Source: Vermamoeba vermiformis
Taxonomy: Eukaryota
Reading direction: 5' to 3'
Length of the DNA: 31,197 nt
NCBI GenBank assembly: GCA_045837725.1
Contig: JBEWZL010000008.1
Span: 186,001-217,197, forward strand
Shown: piece after piece, positions 23,823 to 31,197 of the stretch
Layout of the letters: the number at the start of each line of letters is the position of its first letter
Position numbering within the stretch: the stretch's first letter is position 1
The notes under the pieces: model-generated
What the model saw: only the letters and a program-made list of their open reading frames with translations
What the model was told of the DNA's origin: nothing
Database searches by the model: none
Position numbers and translations under genes: made by a program

Positions 23823-24690
23823 TTAATATAAGGCCCAAAATGCGGTAACGATCACGTGTACTAGAGTCAGACCCGGCAAAATAGCCTCAGCGTTGGACGA
23901 CTTGATCTGCGAGGCAGAAGGTTGTGCATTAGGGACTCTTGCAGCGGGCGAGGCAGCACTCGGTGTTGCGCCAATTGGATTGGGCGTTGCTGGACTCGGA
24001 GTAGGCTCGGCATTTGGTGAGGGCACGGCGGGACCGGATCCAACAGGTACTGCTCTCGGACTACCAGCTAGAGGGCACGTGAGAACGTTAAAATAACGTT
24101 GTATTACAGGGGCGGCAGTGCAGGCCTGTGGATGGTGCATGACGAATGGATTTTGAGTGCAATTTGCATCGCTGAACCATGTCAGATCTAACCCATCGCT
24201 CGTGCAGCTGCTAATCTGCAGTGCCCTTCTTCCTTCAGCCGTAGATTCATAAGCTATGCAAGTATCCGCTACGGCTATTGAAAGTAATATTAGCGATCAA
24301 TCCAAGCGCTGAACAGATGTGGATGCGTTTTTGACTCACCTCCAGTCTCGGTTGACACGGAGCAATCCGCGCTCAAACTTTCAACAACGACAGAAAATCC
24401 ATCTTGAGAACGCGGGGTGACGACAGATGCGCAGTTCTCTTTGGCCCAAAACTTGCCAGGCAAGATCTCGGTACATCCGCTTAAACTACATGTTTGCTGG
24501 TAATAATTCATTAATTTTTTATAAGAAGGTGATAGTATTGACTTACATCAGTGCTCGCCATATAAACGTAAGCTACATGGAAGCCCGAGCAGTCAGCGTT
24601 GTTGTAGATCAAGCGCGTGTAAACTCCGGCCTCGATCTGACTTACACATGCAGCGATTAACAGCAACACGAAAAAATGAATAGATCTCAT
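23823..24690 (-). CDS. Small secreted Cys-containing surface protein with P/A/S stalk, probably GPI anchored
   Basis: Signal peptide MRSIHFFVLLLIAAC, Cys-spaced exons (YNNADCSG, FSDANC), a Pro/Ala-rich linker and a hydrophobic C-terminus. Confidence 0.7.
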
Positions 24691-25384
24691 GGTATGTATT
24701 ATTTTAGTCTGTAATTGAACAATGACCAAATCGTCAAATTATTTATTCGGACAAATTCTCTCTATTAGTGACATTATGCACCTAATTCACCAGCGATGGA
24801 CCAAGTGTGCAAGAATCTGGCCAAAAAGAGCTATATTAGGAAGAGAATCTGTTTTGGATAAAAAACAAGTGACGAAGCAAAGTAACTTTTGGTCTCGTTT
24901 GACAGCTCGCAAAAAAAATGGCCCAGAGATATTGATTATTCGTACGTATCAAGTTATTATAGATATTTACATAGTTTGAAATTGCTCTTTATTTTGACGT
25001 AGCGCATCTAACGACTTGAAGGTTCGATCCGCACTAAGGCCGCAATTTCCAGAATAGTACTAAACTAGGTAATTATTACACACCTAGTTTTTAATTTTAG
25101 GAACTGTTCTTAATTATGTTAATACTAACAACACAAACGTTCGTAGGATCCTACAACAAAACTTGAAATTGCAACAAACCGCTCCGGGACAATTATTACC
25201 CGAATTTCTAAGCCTTGTCGCGCACTAGTGCCCAAATATGGTAAGATGTCTGTTGATGCGGGCAATAATTTTTAAACTCCCACAGGAAATTTGTTGTTCC
25301 GCGGACATTTGTTCTTACATTTGCAACTATTTAAGCTCAACGCAAATCTTATTATCTTAATTATTTTAATTTCGTAACAATAAC

Positions 25385-28300
25385 ATGGGCAACGGGTCAC
25401 AAGTATTATTGCTGACCTTGAAGAACTTGAAGATCAAGGGCAGAAACAGATGCGGCACTGCAATGGAGGCCATCTTTCCCCTGATCTGTCTAATCTTTTT
25501 AATGACTATATTTATTGTTAGTACATCAGGCGCAGACGATGATCCGATCTTTGGTCCAATCCCGATCTCTCGCGCAGATCCTACAAAAGCGATCGCGTAC
25601 GGACCAAACATCGACTTGGTTCGTAATATTATGCTACCAGTCGTTGATGGACAAGAAGATCTTTTATATCCTATTGATACGAATGAAGAAATGACTCGCA
25701 CATTGATCACAAGCTCGGGAGCATTGAACTTGGCTGCTGGTAAGTTAAAAGTCTTTTTCTACGGTCTCAAAGTTATTCACATTAATTATAATTACACATT
25801 ATAGGTGTATTTTTCCGGTTAAATCCGGAGGAGATAGCTACTGGTGCATTATCTGATGACATTACGTACGCCATTCGCTTCCTTGGTCAAAACATTACGG
25901 ATCCGACGAAGCTAATTGATTACACGGCCAACGCAAACAAATCTCCCAACTTAATATACATCTCATTCGTCGCACTGCAACAAAAGATCGATCAAAGCAT
26001 CATGGCACTCAAAATTTCAGAGAAAACAGGAGTGAGTTCCAGCGTCAGCATGTCAGCATCAGCAACGCGCTTTCCAGTCCAAGAAGGTGAACCAAACTTT
26101 GACTCGAGATGGCAACAACGCAACTTGATTCTCAAACCTCTTGGTGGTACTTGGCTGACATTCGGTATTCTGTTCTCTGTGTACCGATTGGTCAACACTG
26201 TGTTGGTCGAAAAGAAAACAAAAGTGCGTGACTCGATGAGAATGATGGGTATGCGAGTAAGTTGCACATAATTTTTTCCCTGAGCTCATTCTAACGCTTG
26301 TATTTAGAACGAATTCTATTGGTTGACTTGGTTCGTGGTATCATTGGTCATCATTTTGCCAGCGTTAGTCGCGTGCTCCGTAGTTCTCAAGCTCTTCAAA
26401 TTCTTCCCACTGACTCCTATTGGCATTCCGTTCATTAGTTGGTTCCTTTACGCTGCTACATTGATCGCATTTGCGATGATCTTGTCATCGTTCTTAAACT
26501 CCGCGAAGGTACGTAATACATCCGTAAAACTCAACGTACTAATCCTTATTAATTTAGAGCTCCGGTATTCTCGCTATGTTGACTCTCATCATCTTCAGCA
26601 TCGCAGGCGAACTCGTGGCCATGGCACCTGTCATTCCAGGTGTCAAGATCTTGTTGTCGCTGTTCAGTCCCTTCGCGTTCAACAACATAATCAATATCCT
26701 CGCTGAAGCTGAGAATCTCAGAATCACCATGGATTACGAGCACTCGACAGGTACGATCAAACCGCGTTTCGTCCGTTCTAATCATCTCCGTAGTATCTAT
26801 TACCGAATGGCTTCCTTCGTTGCACTCAATGATCTCAATGCTTGTTTGCAACTTGGTACTTTATCTGTTGATCGCTTGGTACATCGATAACGTCAAGACA
26901 AGTGGCTCAAAGAACCGTGGATGTTTTTGCTTCCGCAAATCTTATTGGGGCAAGCAAACGAACTTTTCAACCAATAACGAAGAAAGACTTGACGAGTACG
27001 TCCCGACTGAAGGAGATTTCGAGAAAGTTGACGAACTGGGCAATCCAGTTGTGAAAGTCAAAAGACTTTGCAAGACGTTTGACATCAACGGAAAGCCGTT
27101 TGTTGCCGTCGACGGCTTCAAGTTGGACTTGTACGAGAATCAAATTGTTTCCTTATTAGGTAATACTCAATACCAAGTAACGAGAGTCCTGTACTAAGAA
27201 TTTGAAGGTCACAACGGAGCAGGCAAAACAACATTGATCTCAATGCTGACTGGCAGTTTGGCACCGACATCAGGCGACGCAGAGTTCTACGGCAACAGTC
27301 TCACAAAAGATTTGAGTGCGTTGAAGAAGATTGTTGGTATTTGTCCTCAATACGATGCAATCTGGCCTCAACTTACAGTTTACGAACACTTGCAACTCTT
27401 TGCTGGCTTCAAAGGTACGATCGAATCATCGATTTCCAAATAAGGAAATAGTCTCGTATTAACACGAATGGCTTAATAGGAGTGAAATTCGGAGATATCA
27501 AAGCAGAGGCAAATCAACTGATCAAAGACTTTGAGCTCGAAGACAAACGCAACTATCCTGCTGGCAAGCTGTCTGGTGGTCAAAAGAGAAAATTATCGAT
27601 TGCTATCGCACTGATCGGAGGGTCTAAAGTTGTATTCCTTGACGAATCATCGAGTGGCATGGATCCTGAAGCACGAAGAACTGTTTGGGATAATTTGACT
27701 CGTTACAAAGCTGGTCGTGTCATCATTTTGACGAGTAAGCCGAAATCATTTGCATCACAAGACCAGTGACTAATCGCACAACTCTTCAGCACATTTCATG
27801 GATGAAGCAGACTATCTTGGTGATCGTATTGCCATCATGAGACATGGAAAGCTTCTTTGTGCAGGCTCATCGTTGTTCTTGAAGAACAGATTCGGTCTCG
27901 GATACACTCTCGGTTGTGTAAGTCCATCGGTTTAAATTTCGAAAGTGATGTTTACTCACGGTATTGTTGGTTCAGGTCAAGGCACCCAAATGTCAAGTCG
28001 AATCAGTTTCTGAGTTCTTGAATGAGCTCTCACCCAACATTCAAATGCTTTCAAATGCAGGCGCTGAGGTCATCTTCAGAGTTCCACGTGAAAGTTTTGA
28101 ACGATTGCCGCAGATTTTAACAGCGATCGAATCCAACAAAGATGAATTGGGCATCACATCATACGGTGTTGGCCAATCAACACTTGAAGAAGTATTTTTG
28201 GAGCTCAACAACGACTCGACTCAAGATCAAGGTATCGATGTCAATCTGAAAGACACAGTGTTCATTCCAGGCGCAAAGCACCCTTCAAAGAGACGTCAGC

Positions 28301-31074
28301 TCAACGCACTTCTCAAAAAACGGCTGTTGTTCGCTCAACGTGACAGCAAGTTCTTGTTCATTCAGTTCGCAGTGCCCATCATTTTGTGTCTCGTTGCATT
28401 CATCGTTCAAACTTTTGTGTTTTCTCCGAACAATCCCAACGCCAAGATTGCCTTCAACGGAACAACCTACGGTAATATCCACCTTATTCCTTTTATGGTC
28501 GCAGAACTAACTTTGTGACCGATTTTAGACACGTATCTTTCACCTTGGTTTGACGCTGGTTGTGCGACAAACTTGTTCTCTGCATTGCCGTTCTACACTT
28601 CAGAAAGATTCCCAGAGATTTCACAGTCAGATCTATTGTCACTGCTTGCCAACATCAACACATTTGCAGCAGGTGCAGTGACCAATTCTCAGTGCTCATC
28701 AGCTGCAAATGCATACACTCTCGAGTACTCCTTGCTGTACAACGCATCGATACCTCACTCATTGCCTTATCATCAAAACTTGGTCTCAAATGCACTGCTC
28801 AACACAGAATTGGGAAACTCAAGCAGAGTGTCAATCACCACAATCAATCAACCTGCTGGTACGTTCGACGAATGAATTCACCCTACTCACATGAACTAAT
28901 TGTCTTATTAGGCGCTGGCATCGTCCTCGTAAACAATCTGATCAACATTATCATCTATTTGCTGATTCTTCTCGGTTCAAGTGTGTTGACAGCATCAGCA
29001 GCAGCGTACATCTTCCAAGAACGAGAACTTGGTGTCAAACAACTTCAACTTGCAAGTGGTACAAACGCGAAGATCTATTGGTTGTCGAACTTCATTTGGG
29101 ACTTTGTGTTGCACATGATCATCTTCATCGTCATAATGTTCTTAGCGAGCGCCGTCAGCTGGTCAACCTTTGGTGGTGTGCGACTTGGCGCCGAGCTCAT
29201 TTTGATCATTTTCTACAGCTTGGCATCAGTTTCTATTGCTTATTTCTTCTCCTTCGTCTTCTCTAGTCCTGGAGCTGGTATCGGATCGCTTGTTGGCCTC
29301 TTCGTTGGTGCAGGATTTGGAGCCTTGGCAGCAATCAACGCAATCGGGGCCACTGCCACGGACGGGACAACGGCGGTCTTGGCGTTGGGTTACATTTTCA
29401 AAGTTATCAGGTACGCTGATCGATCCCCAGTCTCACGCTGAACAGCTACTAACGACCTCTTTTACAGCCCTCATTATTTACTCCTCTCGTCTCTGGGACA
29501 GCTGTCAAATGGCTTCGGAAGTGATCCGTTGAACCCTGTTGATGCAAACACGAACATCTTTGGAATGTAAGTTGGTTTGACATTTTGACACCTCGCTGAC
29601 GCGTTCTAGTAACTTCTGGGGTGCATCGTACATCATATTTGTTGGCCAATCCTTAATCTACGGTGGCTTCACATTGTTGTTTGAAGAATACACACAACTC
29701 AGATTGAGGAGAAACACAAGTGCGAACAACACACTTCGCGATGCTGACGAAGACGATGACGTGGCCAAAGAGCGCGACATTGTTGACAGTGCTAATGCCA
29801 CTGACAGAGAGAGCAACTTGGTGTGGGTCAGAGGTCTTCGCAAAGAATTCAATGCGAAGAAAAAGATCCACAAAGTTGCAGTACACAACTTCTCACTTCA
29901 CATTCCTCGTGGTGAAAGCTTTGGTCTCTTGGGTGCAAACGGTGCTGGTATGGTTATTAACGACTACAAGTACAATAGTGACACGTGTCTAACGATCAAT
30001 GATTCGTAGGCAAGACAACAACACTGAAAATGTTGTCAGGACAACTTCTTCCATCACGTGGTGAAGTGAGTATCAACGGCAACACGTACCAACAACTCGA
30101 TGGCATTCTTCAATCAATTGGCTTCTGTCCTCAATTCGATTCGGTCATTCCAAAACTGAGTGGTCGTGCTCACTTGGAGTTGTTTGCAGAACTCAGAGGT
30201 ACGATCGAGATAAATATCACATGTTACTTTTATTAATAACTCGTGACTGCACAGGTCTTCCAGAAGACAAAGTGCCCTCAATCGTTGATGCACTGATCAA
30301 AATGATCAACTTGACAAAGTACGCAGACAGACCTTGTGGCAAGTACAGTGGTGGCAACAAACGCAAACTGTCCTTGGCACTTGCTTTAATCGGTGAGTAG
30401 TACTGAGTGATATTATGCACGAGGCAATAACTAACGTTCATATTATTTGAAGGCAATCCACCAGTTCTGTACTTGGACGAGCCCTCGACAGGCATGGATC
30501 CACTTGCACGAAGATTCATGTGGAACTTGATCATGGCAGTGCGCTCGAACAAAGCTGTCATCTTGACAACACACAGCATGGAAGAGTGTGAAGCATTGTG
30601 CACTCGTGTTGGTATCATGATCAGTGTAAGCTACATCAATCTCGCAAAAATAGTTTATTTCCTTATTTGGAAATGTTATTGATTGATCGCAGTCACAATG
30701 CTTTTGATCGTTATTGACACGCGTTTTATCTACAGGGAAAACTCCAATGCGTCGGCAGTCCTCAACATTTGAAAACCAAATTTGGCAATGGTTATCGTTT
30801 GGAGCTCAAAACTGACATGCAACACATTGACGACATTCCAAAGTTCATTTCACAACTTGCCAAAGATGCCAAACTGATCGACAATCACACGACAATGTTC
30901 AGTTACGAAATACCGATGCACAACTTGACACTTGGCTCGCTGTTGGAACGTGTTGAAAGTGTGAAAAACAAACTTGCCATCAGCGACTATTCAGTGAGTC
31001 AAACGAGTTTGGAACAGATTTTCATCACCATGGCCCAAGAATGTGCACAGCCAAACATCGTTATCGAAAGTTAA
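25385..31074 (+). CDS. ABC transporter, subfamily A, full length (TMD-NBD-TMD-NBD)
   Basis: N-terminal [13 protein letters not shown]1: [34 protein letters not shown]2: [41 protein letters not shown]-terminal SQTSLEQIF. Confidence 0.96.
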
Positions 31075-31197
31075 TTCAACTTTCGCATCATATTAAATTA
31101 TTTATTAAAGACATTATCGTTGATAATAGACATTTCGAGGTTTGATTGGCCAAATCACGTTTAAATCGCTTGCTTAGGCGATTGAATTTTGAAAATA

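Noticed and set aside
24995-25050. tRNA-like B box GGTTCGATCC at 25021
   Set aside because: No cloverleaf, no T-stem pairing and no room for D and anticodon arms.
28560-28911. N-terminal part of the 293-aa ORF as a separate gene
   Set aside because: It is an off-frame read of an ABCA exon plus an intron; only the part after about 28912 is the real frame.
1-31197. CRISPR arrays, rRNA genes or prokaryotic operons
   Set aside because: No repeat-spacer arrays or rRNA similarity seen; genes are intron-rich and eukaryotic.

Overview
Gene-dense eukaryotic DNA (about 40% GC, many 45-130 nt GT-AG introns). The gene mix suggests a free-living protist, probably an amoebozoan; this is inference. Host genes: a multi-RGS protein, S-formylglutathione hydrolase, a Zn2Cys6 factor, a secreted PQQ-dehydrogenase-like/DOMON fusion, a Cys-rich surface protein, a ROK kinase, a five-domain L-type lectin-like protein, three Pmp3-like proteolipids, a small surface protein and a full ABCA transporter. 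The main find is a 4,251-bp pogo-family DNA transposon (10697-14947, 28-bp perfect TIRs, TA duplication) inserted cleanly into the surface-protein exon. It carries two divergent spliced genes: a 516-aa transposase and a 491-aa cargo protein with an RPA70N-like OB fold and an RS-rich tail. The first intron of each gene holds one arm of a perfect 302-bp inverted repeat. The arms bracket the shared promoter and both first exons, which looks like an invertible exon-swapping switch inside a transposon. A 12-bp palindrome, TGACACGTGTCA, also recurs in introns. All gene models were built by eye from splice signals and frame continuity, with no database searches.
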